From contig CM059433.1 in the NCBI GenBank assembly GCA_030390025.1, positions 868,001 to 932,000 of the forward strand: DNA of 64,000 nucleotides, given 5' to 3'. The notes under the pieces are model-generated. The model worked only from the letters and a program-made list of their open reading frames with translations, was not told the DNA's origin and did no database searches. The translations under genes were made by a program, and so were the position numbers. This document shows, one piece after another, positions 35,293-47,653 of the stretch. Origin of the DNA: Squalus acanthias (lineage: Eukaryota). Position 1 is the stretch's first letter. Every line of letters begins with the position of its first letter.

Positions 35293-38200
35293 AAACACGC
35301 CCGAGGGAAAGGCGCCCGAGGGAAAGGTGCCCGAGGGAAAGGCGCACGAGGGAAACGTGCCCGAGGGAATTGCGCCCGAGGGAAACGTGCCCGAGGGAAA
35401 CGCACCCATGGGAAACGCGCCCGAGGGAAAGGCGCCCGAGGGAAAGGCGCCCGAGGGAAAGGCGCCCGAGGGAAAGGCGCCCGAGGGAAACGCACCCGAC
35501 GGAAACACGCCCGAGGGAAAGGCGCCCGAGGGAAACGCACCCGAGGGAAACGCGCCCGAGGGAAAGGCGCCCGAGGGAAAGGCGCCCGAGGGAAAGGCGC
35601 CCGAGGGAAACGCACCCGACGGAAACACGCCCGAGGGAAAGGCGCCCGAGGGAAATGCACCCGACGGAAACACGCCCGAGGGAAAGGCGCCCGAGGGAAA
35701 CGCACCCGAGGGAAAGGCGCCCGAGGGAAAGGCGCCCGAGGGAAAGGCGCCCGAGGGAAAGGCGCCCGAGGGAAAGGCGCCCGACAAAACACGCCCGAGG
35801 GAAAGGCGCCCGAGGGAAACGTGCCCGAGGGAAACGCACCCGAGGGAAACGCACCCGAGGGAAAGGTGCCCGAGGGAAAGGCGCCCGAGGGAAACGTGCC
35901 TGAGGGAAAGGTGCCTGAGGGAAAGGCGCCCGAGGGAAAGGCGCCCGAGGGAAAGGCGCCCGAGGGAAAGGCTCCCGAGGGAACCGTGCCCGAGGGAAAC
36001 GTGCCCGAGGGAAACGTGCCCGAGGGAAAGGTGCCCGAGGGAAAGGTGCCCGAGGGAAACGTGCCTGAGGGAAAGGCGCCCGAGGGAAAGGCGCCCGAGG
36101 GAAACAGGCCCGAGGGAAAGGCGCCCGAGGGAAACGTGCCCGAGGCAAACGTGCCCGAGGGAAATGTGCCCGAGGGAAAGACGCCAGAGGGAAAGGTGCC
36201 CGAGGGAAAGGTGCCCGAGGGAAAGGCGCCCGAGGGAAAGGCGCCCGAGGGAAAGGCGCCCGAGGGAAAGGCACCCGAGGGAAACGTGCCTGAGGGAAAG
36301 GCGCCCGAGGGAAAGGCGTCCGAGGGAAACGTGCCCGAGGGAAAGGCGCCCGAGGGAAAGGTGCCCGAGGGAAAGGCACCCGAGGGAAAGGCGCCCGAGG
36401 GAAACGTGCCCGAGGGAAAGGTGCCCGAGGGAAACATGCCCGAGGGAAAGGTGCCCGAGGGAAACGTGCCCAAGGGAAACGCACCCGAGGGAAAGGCGCC
36501 CGAGGGAAACGCACCCGAGGGAAAGGCGCCCGAGGGAAACGCGCCCGAGGGAAAGGCGCCCGAGGGAAACGCGCCCGAGGGAAAGGCGCCCGAGGGAAAC
36601 GCGCCCGAGGGAAACGCACCCGAGGGAAAGGCGCCCGAGGGAAAGACGCCCGAGGGAAACGTGCCCGAGGGAAAGACGCCCGAGGGAAAGGCGCCCGAGG
36701 GAAATGTGCCCGAGGGAAACGTGCCCGAGGGAAAGACGCCCGAGGGAAAGACGCCCGAGGGAAACGTGCCCGAGGGAAACACGCCCGAGGGAAACGTGCC
36801 CGAGGGAAACGTGCCCGACGGAAACACGCCCGAGGGAAAGGCGCCCGAGGGAAATGCACCCGATGGAAACACGCCCGAGGGAAAGGCGCCCGAGGGAAAC
36901 GCACCCGAGGGAAACGCGCCCGAGGGAAAGGCGCCCGAGGGAAATTCGCCCGAGGGAAAGGCGCCCGAGGGAAAGGCGCCCGAGGGAAAGGCGCCCGACG
37001 GAAACACGCCCGAGGGAAAGGCGCCCGAGGGAAACGTGCCCGAGGGAAACGCACCCGAGGGAAACGCACCCGAGGGAAAGGTGCCCGAGGGAAAGGCGCC
37101 CAAGGGAAACGTGCCTGAGGGAAAGGTGCCTGAGGGAAAGGCGCCCGAGGGAAAGGCGCCCGAGGGAAAGGCGCCCGAGGGAAAGGCTCCCGAGGGAACC
37201 GTGCCCGAGGGAAAGGCGCCCGAGGGAAACGTGCCCGAGGGAAAGGTGCCCGAGGGAAACGTGCCTGAGGGAAAGGCGCCCGAGGGAAAGGCGCCCGAGG
37301 GAAACGTGCCCGAGGGAAAGGTGCCCGAGGGAAACGTGCCCAAGGGAAACGCACCCGAGGGAAAGGCGCCCGAGGGAAACGCACCCGAGGGAAAGGCGCC
37401 CGAGGGAAACGCGCCCGAGGGAAAGGCGCCCGAGGGAAACGCGCCCGAGGGAAAGGCGCCCGAGGGAAACGCGCCCGAGGGAAACGCACCCGAGGGAAAG
37501 GCGCCCGAGGGAAAGACGCCCGAGGGAAACGTGCCCGAGGGAAAGACGCCCGAGGGAAAGGCGCCCGAGGGAAATGTGCCCGAGGGAAACGTGCCCGAAG
37601 GAAAGACGCCCGAGGGAAAGACGCCCGAGGGAAACGTGCCCGAGGGAAACACGCCCGAGGGAAACGTGCCCGAGGGAAACGTGCCCGAGGGAAACGCGCC
37701 CGAGGGAAAGGCGCCCGAGGGAAAGGCGCCCGAGGGAAAGGCGCCCGAGGGAAACGCACCCGACGGAAACACGCCCGAGGGAAAGGCGCCCGAGGGAAAT
37801 GCACCCGATGGAAACACGCCCGAGGGAAAGGCGCCCGAGGGAAACGCACCCGAGGGAAACGCGCCCGAGGGAAAGGCGCCCGAGGGAAATTCGCCCGAGG
37901 GAAAGGCGCCCGAGGGAAAGGCGCCCGAGGGAAAGGCGCCCGACGGAAACACGCCCGAGGGAAAGGCGCCCGAGGGAAACGTGCCCGAGGGAAACGCACC
38001 CGAGGGAAACGCACCCGAGGGAAAGGTGCCCGAGGGAAAGGCTCCCGAGGGAACCGTGCCCGAGGGAAAGGCGCCCGAGGGAAACGTGCCCGAGGGAAAG
38101 GTGCCCGAGGGAAACGTGCCTGAGGGAAAGGCGCCCGAGGGAAAGGCGCCCGAGGGAAACGTGCCCGAGGGAAAGGCGCCCGAGGGAAACGTGCCCGAGG

Positions 38201-41200
38201 GAAACGTGCCCGAGGGAAACGTGCCCGAGGGAAAGACGCCCGAGGGAAACGTGCCCGAGGGAAAGGTGCCCGAGGGAAAGGTGCCCGAGGGAAAGGCGCC
38301 CGAGGGAAAGGCGCCCGAGGGAAAGGCGCCCGAGGGAAAGGCGCCCGAGGGAAAGGCGCCCGAGGGAAAGGCACCCGAGGGAAAGGCACCCGAGGGAAAC
38401 GTGCCTGAGGGAAAGGCGCCCGAGGGAAAGGCGCCCGAGGGAAACGTGCCTGAGGGAAACGTGCCCGAGGGAAACGCGCCCGAGGGAAACGCACCCGAGG
38501 GAAAGGTGCCCGAGGGAAAGGCGCCCGAGGGAAACGTGCCTGAGGGAAAGGTGCCTGAGGGAAAGGCGCCCGAGGGAAAGGCGCCCGAGGGAAAGGCGCC
38601 CGAGGGAAAGGCTCCCGAGGGAACCGTGCCCGAGGGAAAGGCGCCCGAGGGAAACGTGCCCGAGGGAAAGGTGCCCGAGGGAAACGTGCCTGAGGGATAG
38701 GCGCCCGAGGGAAAGGCGCCCGAGGGAAACGTGCCCGAGGGAAAGGCGCCCGAGGGAAAGGCGCCCGACGGAAACACGCCCGAGGGAAAGGCGCCCGAGG
38801 GAAACGTGCCCGAGGGAAACGCACCCGAGGGAAACGCACCCGAGGGAAAGGTGCCCGAGGGAAAGGCGCCCAAGGGAAACGTGCCTGAGGGAAAGGTGCC
38901 TGAGGGAAAGGCGCCCGAGGGAAAGGCGCCCGAGGGAAAGGCGCCCGAGGGAAAGGCTCCCGAGGGAACCGTGCCCGAGGGAAAGGCGCCCGAGGGAAAC
39001 GTGCCCGAGGGAAAGGTGCCCGAGGGAAACGTGCCTGAGGGAAAGGCGCCCGAGGGAAAGGCGCCCGAGGGAAACGTGCCCGAGGGAAAGGCGCCCGAGG
39101 GAAACGTGCCCGAGGGAAACGTGCCCGAGGGAAACGTGCCCGAGGGAAAGGCGCCCGAGGGAAAGGTGCCCGAGGGAAAGGCACCCGAGGGAAAGGCGCC
39201 CGAGGGAAACATGCCCGAGGGAAAGGTGCCCGAGGGAATCATGCCCGAGGGAAAGGTGCCCGAGGGAAACGTGCCCGAGGGAAACGCACCCGAGGGAAAG
39301 GCGCCCGAGGGAAACGCACCCGAGGGAAAGGCGCCCGAGGGAAACGCGCCCGAGGGAAAGGCGCCCGAGGGAAACGCGCCCGAGGGAAAGGCGCCCGAGG
39401 GAAACGCGCCCGAGGGAAACGCACCCGAGGGAAAGGCGCCCGAGGGAAAGACGCCCGAGGGAAATGCACCCGATGGAAACACGCCCGAGGGAAAGGCGCC
39501 CGAGGGAAACGCACCCGAGGGAAAGGCGCCCGAGGGAAAGGCGCCCGAGGGAAATTCGCCCGAGGGAAAGGCGCCCGAGGGAAAGGCGCCCGAGGGAAAG
39601 GCGCCCGACGGAAACACGCCCGAGGGAAAGGCGCCCGAGGGAAACGTGCCCGAGGGAAACGCACCCGAGGGAAACGCACCCGAGGGAAAGGTGCCCGAGG
39701 GAAAGGCGCCCAAGGGAAACGTGCCTGAGGGAAAGGTGCCTGAGGGAAAGGCGCCCGAGGGAAAGGCGCCCGAGGGAAAGGCGCCCGAGGGAAAGGCTCC
39801 CGAGGGAACCGTGCCCGAGGGAAAGGCGCCCGAGGGAAACGTGCCCGAGGGAAAGGTGCCCGAGGGAAACGTGCCTGAGGGAAAGGCGCCCGAGGGAAAG
39901 GCGCCCGAGGGAAACGTGCCCGAGGGAAAGGCGCCCGAGGGAAACGTGCCCGAGGGAAACGTGCCCGAGGGAAACGTGCCCGAGGGAAAGACGCCCGAGG
40001 GAAAGGTGCCCGAGGGAAAGGTGCCCGAGGGAAAGGCGCCCGAGGGAAAGGCGCCCGAGGGAAAGGCGCCCGAGGGAAAGGCACCCGAGGGAAAGGCGCC
40101 CGAGGGAAAGGCACCCGAGGGAAACGTGCCTGAGGGAAAGGCGCCCGAGGGAAAGGCGCCCGAGGGAAACGTGCCCGAGGGAAACGTGCCCGAGGGAAAC
40201 GCGCCCGAGGGAAACGCACCCGAGGGAAAGGTGCCCGAGGGAAAGGCGCCCGAGGGAAACGTGCCTGAGGGAAAGGTGCCTGAGGGAAAGGCGCCCGAGG
40301 GAAAGGCGCCCGAGGGAAAGGCGCCCGAGGGAAAGGCTCCCGAGGGAACCGTGCCCGAGGGAAAGGCGCCCGAGGGAAACGTGCCCGAGGGAAAGGTGCC
40401 CGAGGGAAACGTGCCTGAGGGATAGGCGCCCGAGGGAAAGGCGCCCGAGGGAAACGTGCCCGAGGGAAAGGCGCCCGAGGGAAAGGCGCCCGACGGAAAC
40501 ACGCCCGAGGGAAAGGCGCCCGAGGGAAACGTGCCCGAGGGAAACGCACCCGAGGGAAACGCACCCGAGGGAAAGGTGCCCGAGGGAAAGGCGCCCAAGG
40601 GAAACGTGCCTGAGGGAAAGGTGCCTGAGGGAAAGGCGCCCGAGGGAAAGGCGCCCGAGGGAAAGGCGCCCGAGGGAAAGGCTCCCGAGGGAACCGTGCC
40701 CGAGGGAAAGGCGCCCGAGGGAAACGTGCCCGAGGGAAAGGTGCCCGAGGGAAACGTGCCTGAGGGAAAGGCGCCCGAGGGAAAGGCGCCCGAGGGAAAC
40801 GTGCCCGAGGGAAAGGCGCCCGAGGGAAACGTGCCCGAGGGAAACGTGCCCGAGGGAAACGTGCCCGAGGGAAAGGCGCCCGAGGGAAAGGTGCCCGAGG
40901 GAAAGGCACCCGAGGGAAAGGCGCCCGAGGGAAACATGCCCGAGGGAAAGGTGCCCGAGGGAATCATGCCCGAGGGAAAGGTGCCCGAGGGAAACGTGCC
41001 CGAGGGAAACGCACCCGAGGGAAAGGCGCCCGAGGGAAACGCACCCGAGGGAAAGGCGCCCGAGGGAAACGCGCCCGAGGGAAAGGCGCCCGAGGGAAAC
41101 GCGCCCGAGGGAAAGGCGCCCGAGGGAAACGCGCCCGAGGGAAACGCACCCGAGGGAAAGGCGCCCGAGGGAAAGACGCCCGAGGGAAACGCGCCCGAGG

Positions 41201-44200
41201 GAAAGACGCCCGAGGGAAAGGCGCCCGAGGGAAATGTGCCCGAGGGAAACGTGCCCGAGGGAAAGACGACCGAGGGAAAGACGCCCGAGGGAAACGTGCC
41301 CGAGGGAAACACGCCCGAGGGAAACGTGCCCGAGGGAAACGTGCCCGAGGGAAACGCGCCCGAGGGAAAGGCGCCCGAGGGAAAGGCGCCCGACGGAAAC
41401 ACGCCCGAGGGAAAGGCGCCCGAGGGAAATGCACCCGATGGAAACACGCCCGAGGGAAAGGCGCCCGAGGGAAACGCACCCGAGGGAAACGCGCCCGACG
41501 GAAAGGCGCCCGAGGGAAAGGTGCCCGAGGGAAAGGCGCCCGAGGGAAAGGCGCCCGAGGGAAAGGCGCCCGACGGAAACACGCCCGAGGGAAAGGCGCC
41601 CGAGGGAAACGTGCCCGAGGGAAAGGTGCCCGAGGGAAAGGCGCCCGAGGGAAACGTGCCTGAGGGAAAGGTGCCTGAGGGAAAGGCGCCCGAGGGAAAG
41701 GCGCCCGAGGGAAAGGCGCCCGAGGGAAAGGCTCCCGAGGGAACCGTGCCCGAGGGAAAGGTGCCCGAGGGAAACGTGCCCAAGGGAAACGCACCCGAGG
41801 GAAAGGCGCCCGAGGGAAACGCACCCGAGGGAAAGGCGCCCGAGGGAAACGCGCCCGAGGGAAAGGCGCCCGAGGGAAACGCGCCCGAGGGAAAGGCGCC
41901 CGAGGGAAACGCGCCCGAGGGAAAGGCGCCCGAGGGAAACGCGCCCGAGGGAAACGCACCCGAGGGAAAGGCGCCCGAGGGAAAGACGCCCGAGGGAAAC
42001 GCGCCCGAGGGAAAGACGCCCGAGGGAAAGGCGCCCGAGGGAAATGTGCCCGAGGGAAACGCACCCGAGGGAAAGGTGCCCGAGGGAAAGGCGCCCAAGG
42101 GAAACGTGCCTGAGGGAAAGGTGCCTGAGGGAAAGGCGCCCGAGGGAAAGGCGCCCGAGGGAAAGGCGCCCGAGGGAAAGGCTCCCGAGGGAACCGTGCC
42201 CGAGGGAAAGGCGCCCGAGGGAAACGTGCCCGAGGGAAAGGTGCCCGAGGGAAACGTGCCTGAGGGAAAGGCGCCCGAGGGAAAGGCGCCCGAGGGAAAC
42301 GTGCCCGAGGGAAAGGCGCCCGAGGGAAACGTGCCCGAGGGAAACGTGCCCGAGGGAAACGTGCCCGAGGGAAAGGCGCCCGAGGGAAAGGTGCCCGAGG
42401 GAAAGGCACCCGAGGGAAAGGCGCCCGAGGGAAACATGCCCGAGGGAAAGGTGCCCGAGGGAATCATGCCCGAGGGAAAGGTGCCCGAGGGAAACGTGCC
42501 CGAGGGAAACGCACCCGAGGGAAAGGCGCCCGAGGGAAACGCACCCGAGGGAAAGGCGCCCGAGGGAAACGCGCCCGAGGGAAAGGCGCCCGAGGGAAAC
42601 GCGCCCGAGGGAAAGGCGCCCGAGGGAAACGCGCCCGAGGGAAACGCACCCGAGGGAAAGGCGCCCGAGGGAAAGACGCCCGAGGGAAACGCGCCCGAGG
42701 GAAAGACGCCCGAGGGAAAGGCGCCCGAGGGAAATGTGCCCGAGGGAAACGTGCCCGAGGGAAAGACGACCGAGGGAAAGACGCCCGAGGGAAACGTGCC
42801 CGAGGGAAACACGCCCGAGGGAAACGTGCCCGAGGGAAACGTGCCCGAGGGAAACGCGCCCGAGGGAAAGGCGCCCGAGGGAAAGGCGCCCGACGGAAAC
42901 ACGCCCGAGGGAAAGGCGCCCGAGGGAAATGCACCCGATGGAAACACGCCCGAGGGAAAGGCGCCCGAGGGAAACGCACCCGAGGGAAACGCGCCCGACG
43001 GAAAGGCGCCCGAGGGAAAGGTGCCCGAGGGAAAGGCGCCCGAGGGAAAGGCGCCCGAGGGAAAGGCGCCCGACGGAAACACGCCCGAGGGAAAGGCGCC
43101 CGAGGGAAACGTGCCCGAGGGAAACGCGCCCGAGGGAAACGCACCCGAGGGAAAGGTGCCCGAGGGAAAGGCGCCCGAGGGAAACGTGCCTGAGGGAAAG
43201 GCGCCCGAGGGAAAGGCGCCCGAGGGAAAGGCGCCCGAGGGAAAGGCTCCCGAGGGAACCGTGCCCGAGGGAAAGGTGCCCGAGGGAAACGTGCCCAAGG
43301 GAAACGCACCCGAGGGAAAGGCGCCCGAGGGAAACGCACCCGAGGGAAAGGCGCCCGAGGGAAACGCGCCCGAGGGAAAGGCGCCCGAGGGAAACGCGCC
43401 CGAGGGAAAGGCGCCCGAGGGAAACGCGCCCGAGGGAAAGGCGCCCGAGGGAAACGCGCCCGAGGGAAACGCACCCGAGGGAAAGGCGCCCGAGGGAAAG
43501 ACGCCCGAGGGAAACGCGCCCGAGGGAAAGACGCCCGAGGGAAAGGCGCCCGAGGGAAATGTGCCCGAGGGAAACGTGCCCGAGGGAAAGACGCCCGAGG
43601 GAAAGACGCCCGAGGGAAAAGTGCCCGAGGGAAACACGCCCGAGGGAAACGTGCCCGAGGGAAACGTGCCCGAGGGAAACGCGCCCGAGGGAAAGGCGCC
43701 CGAGGGAAAGGCGCCCGAGGGAAAGGCGCCCGAGGGAAACGCACCCGACGGAAACACGCCCGAGGGAAAGGCGCCCGAGGGAAATGCACCCGATGGAAAC
43801 ACGCCCGAGGGAAAGGCGCCCGAGGGAAACGCACCCGAGGGAAACGCGCCCGACGGAAAGGCGCCCGAGGGAAAGGCGCCCGAGGGAAAGGCGCCCGAGG
43901 GAAAGGCGCCCGAGGGAAAGGCGCCCGACGGAAACACGCCCGAGGGAAAGGCGCCCGAGGGAAACGTGCCCGAGGGAAACGCACCCGAGGGAAACGCACC
44001 CGAGGGAAAGGTGCCCGAGGGAAAGGCGCCCAAGGGAAACGTGCCTGAGGGAAAGGTGCCTGAGGGAAAGGCGCCCGAGGGAAAGGCGCCCGAGGGAAAG
44101 GCGCCCGAGGGAAAGGCTCCCGAGGGAACCGTGCCCGAGGGAAAGGCGCCCGAGGGAAACGTGCCCGAGGGAAAGGTGCCCGAGGGAAACGTGCCTGAGG

Positions 44201-46341
44201 GAAAGGCGCCCGAGGGAAAGGCGCCCGAGGGAAACGTGCCCGAGGGAAAGGCGCCCGAGGGAAACGTGCCCGAGGGAAAGGCGCCCGAGGGAAAGGCTCC
44301 CGAGGGAAACGTGCCCGAGGGAAAGGCGCCCGAGGGAAACGTGCCCGAGGGAAACGTGCCCGAGGGAAACGTGCCCGAGGGAAACGTGCCCGAGGGAAAG
44401 ACGCCCGAGGGAAACGTGCCCGAGGGAAAGGCGCCCGAGGGAAAGGCGCCCGAGGGAAAGGCGCCCGAGGGAAAGGCGCCCGAGGGAAAGGCGCCCGAGG
44501 GAAAGGCACCCGAGGGAAACGTGCCTGAGGGAAAGGCGCCCGAGGGAAAGGCGCCCGAGGGAAACGTGCCCGAGGGAAAGGCGCCCGAGGGAAAGGTGCC
44601 CGAGGGAAAGGCACCCGAGGGAAAGGCGCCCGAGGGAAACATGCCCGAGGGAAAGGTGCCCGAGGGAAACATGCCCGAGGGAAAGGTGCCCGAGGGAAAC
44701 GTGCCCGAGGGAAACGCACCCGAGGGAAAGGCGCCCGAGGGAAACGCACCCGAGGGAAAGGCGCCCGAGGGAAACGCGCCCGAGGGAAAGGCGCCCGAGG
44801 GAAACGCGCCCGAGGGAAAGGCGCCCGAGGGAAACGCGCCCGAGGGAAACGCACCCGAGGGAAAGGCGCCCGAGGGAAAGACGCCCGAGGGAAACGCGCC
44901 CGAGGGAAAGACGCCCGAGGGAAAGGCGCCCGAGGGAAATGTGCCCGAGGGAAACGTGCCCGAGGGAAAGACGACCGAGGGAAAGACGCCCGAGGGAAAC
45001 GTGCCCGAGGGAAACACGCCCGAGGGAAACGTGCCCGAGGGAAACGTGCCCGAGGGAAACGCGCCCGAGGGAAAGGCGCCCGAGGGAAAGGCGCCCGACG
45101 GAAACACGCCCGAGGGAAAGGCGCCCGAGGGAAATGCACCCGATGGAAACACGCCCGAGGGAAAGGCGCCCGAGGGAAACGCACCCGAGGGAAACGCGCC
45201 CGACGGAAAGGCGCCCGAGGGAAAGGCGCCCGAGGGAAAGGCGCCCGAGGGAAAGGCGCCCGAGGGAAACGTGCCCGAGGGAAACACGCCCGAGGGAAAC
45301 GTGCCCGAGGGAAACGTGCCCGAGGGAAAGGCGCCCGAGGGAAACGTGCCTGAGGGAAAGGTGCCTGAGGGAAAGGCGCCCGAGGGAAAGGCGCCCGAGG
45401 GAAAGGCGCCCGAGGTAAAGGCTCCCGAGGGAACCGTGCCCGAGGGAAAGGCGCCCGAGGGAAACGTGCCCGAGGGAAAGGTGCCCGAGGGAAACGTGCC
45501 TGAGGGATAGGCGCCCGAGGGAAAGGCGCCCGAGGGAAACGTGCCCGAGGGAAAGGCGCCCGAGGGAAACGTGCCCGAGAGAAACGTGCCCGAGGGAAAC
45601 GTGCCCGAGGGAAAGACGCCCGAGGGAAACGTGCCCGAGGGAAAGGTGCCCGAGGGAAAGGCGCCCGAGGGAAAGGCGCCCGAGAGAAAGGCGCCCGAGG
45701 GAAAGGCGCCCGAGGGAAAGGCGCCCGAGGGAAAGGCACCCGAGGGAAACGTGCCTGAGGGAAAGGCGCCCGAGGGAAAGGCGCCCGAGGGAAACGTGCC
45801 CGATGGAAAGGCGCCCGAGGGAAAGGTGCCCGAGGGAAAGGCACCCGAGGGAAAGGCGCCCGAGGGAAACATGCCCGAGGGAAAGGTGCCCGAGGGAAAC
45901 ATGTCCGAGGGAAAGGTGCCCGAGGGAAACGTGCCCAAGGGAAACGCACCCGAGGGAAAGGCGCCCGAGGGAAACGCACCCGAGGGAAAGGCGCCCGAGG
46001 GAAACGCGCCCGAGGGAAAGGCGCCCGAGGGAAACGCGCCCGAGGGAAAGGCGCCCGAGGGAAACGCGCCCGAGGGAAACGCACCCGAGGGAAAGACGCC
46101 CGAGGGAAAGGCGCCCGAGGGAAATGTGCCCGAGGGAAACGTGCCCGAGGGAAAGACGCCCGAGGGAAAGACGCCCGAGGGAAACGTGCCCGAGGGAAAC
46201 ACGCCCGAGGGAAACGTGCCCGAGGGAAACGTGCCCGAGGGAAACACGCCCGAGGGAAACGTGCCCGAGGGAAACACGCCCGAGGGAAACGTGCCCGAGG
46301 GAAACGTGCCCGAGGGAAACACGCCCGAGGGAAAGGCGTGT
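35293..46341. repeat. 15-bp tandem satellite, consensus GCCCGAGGGAAA(G/C)G(C/T), ~735 units
   Basis: Strict 15-bp phase with one visible 1-bp indel (~35786). Diagnostic variants recur at 1500- and 1725-bp spacing. Confidence 0.98.
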
Positions 46342-47508
46342 GGGGGCGGGATGACAGCGAATTCCCGACCCGCTCCAACTTATTTCAAATTTCCCACCCG
46401 ACCCGCCTCCGATCGCGCCCGCACGGACCTCAGAAAATTCCGGCCCAAGTCTTCACACGTTGCAAAAAAAGTTTGGGAATTGTAAATAATTGTGAACTCT
46501 TTAACTGACGTATATTATTTTGGTTCATCAATAGTGAGTTGTGCAAAAACAATGACACCCTTTCTCAGTATAGAATAACAGAGTACACGCTTTCTTGCAG
46601 GAAGGGTAATTGCAGATACATACATTTAGGGTCCGATACAGCCTAAACAATCATGGTCACTCCTTACGTCACATGGCATGGATGGGGCAAAATGAAAGAG
46701 GGAGAGCGTATTGTTGGGCTCTATGATTGTCAGTCCCTGATACCAGTGGGAGGTGAGTGGGCCATAAATCTGTCGTTCATTGGCACCCGAGGGATCTCTT
46801 CAGCTGTGGGGACTTGGCTTCAGCTTGCAAGAGAGAGGCCCATAACTTAGCAAATTCTGTTTGTTTGTTGCTTGGGGTGGCACGGTGACGGATGGGATTG
46901 AGGTCAAGAAAGCCTAGTTTCTTGCTGCATTTTGTAGTGTGCTCCTAAATGTTCCCACAGAATGCCATCGTCCTCTTATAGAGGCTGACCTTGCTTGAAG
47001 GGTACGTGCAAAGCTTATTTTAAACTTATCTGCTGCATTTCCCAACCTTCCTCTGCTGATATTTCAATGGAACTAGCGTAGGTTGGCGGTGGGAAGTTGG
47101 TTGGGGCCATACTTTGCCACCATCCCCCCACTTTTATGCCCAAATGATTTGCCACAATCAGGAATTGGCGACGTACAATATGCCCGCCCATTTATGGCTG
47201 GCGTATTTTAAGTGTATGAAAATAAGGGAAATATGTGATTCAATGTATTCCCCATCACTTACGCCATGCCAAAGCTGGACACAAGCGATTGCATACACAG
47301 GCACTAGTGACAAATTCAACATCTTTTAAAAATAATTCTCTATGGTTTCCCAGCACTTCAGAGGCTGTCGGGAATGTAACTGCGCAGGAAGTCTCTGCCC
47401 TCGCGCCTGGCGGACTCGCCAATGAAGCGCAGGGAGCCTTCTAAAAATATGTAAATGATACTGATGCTAGCGAATCGGCTGGGTCAGGACCTGATCTCAG
47501 CCATTTCA

Positions 47509-47650
47509 CTATGTCTAAAGGGATATAATGAGCTGATATCTATCGGGCAACAGTAAGCTGAAGTCTATGGGGAGAGAGTAAGCTGGGGATATAGTGAACT
47601 GATGTCTATGGGGAAAGAGTGAGCTGATGTCTATGGGGATATAGTGAGTT
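47509..47650. repeat. Degenerate edge monomers of the 25-bp satellite
   Basis: About six diverged copies of GAGCTGATGTCTATGGGGATACAGT lie left of the MITE. Confidence 0.85.
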
Positions 47651-47653
47651 ATT

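Larger units (their letters stand above)
31311..46445. mobile_element. PIF/Harbinger DNA transposon with both TIRs, carrying an 11-kb internal satellite
   Basis: Left TIR GGCCGGAATATTCTG (31311) and right CAGAAAATTCCGGCC (46431-46445) match 14/15. Flanks are TAA and CAA. Myb/SANT and transposase genes are convergent. Confidence 0.88.

Noticed and set aside
35168..46485. Giant repetitive ORFs (GAFPS, PEGKA, PRERR, RAPFP) as real structural, elastin-like or antifreeze-like genes
   Set aside because: Several frames on both strands are open at once because the unit is 15 bp and stop-poor. There is no signal peptide or unique domain, variation follows CpG decay, and the array lies inside a transposon end.
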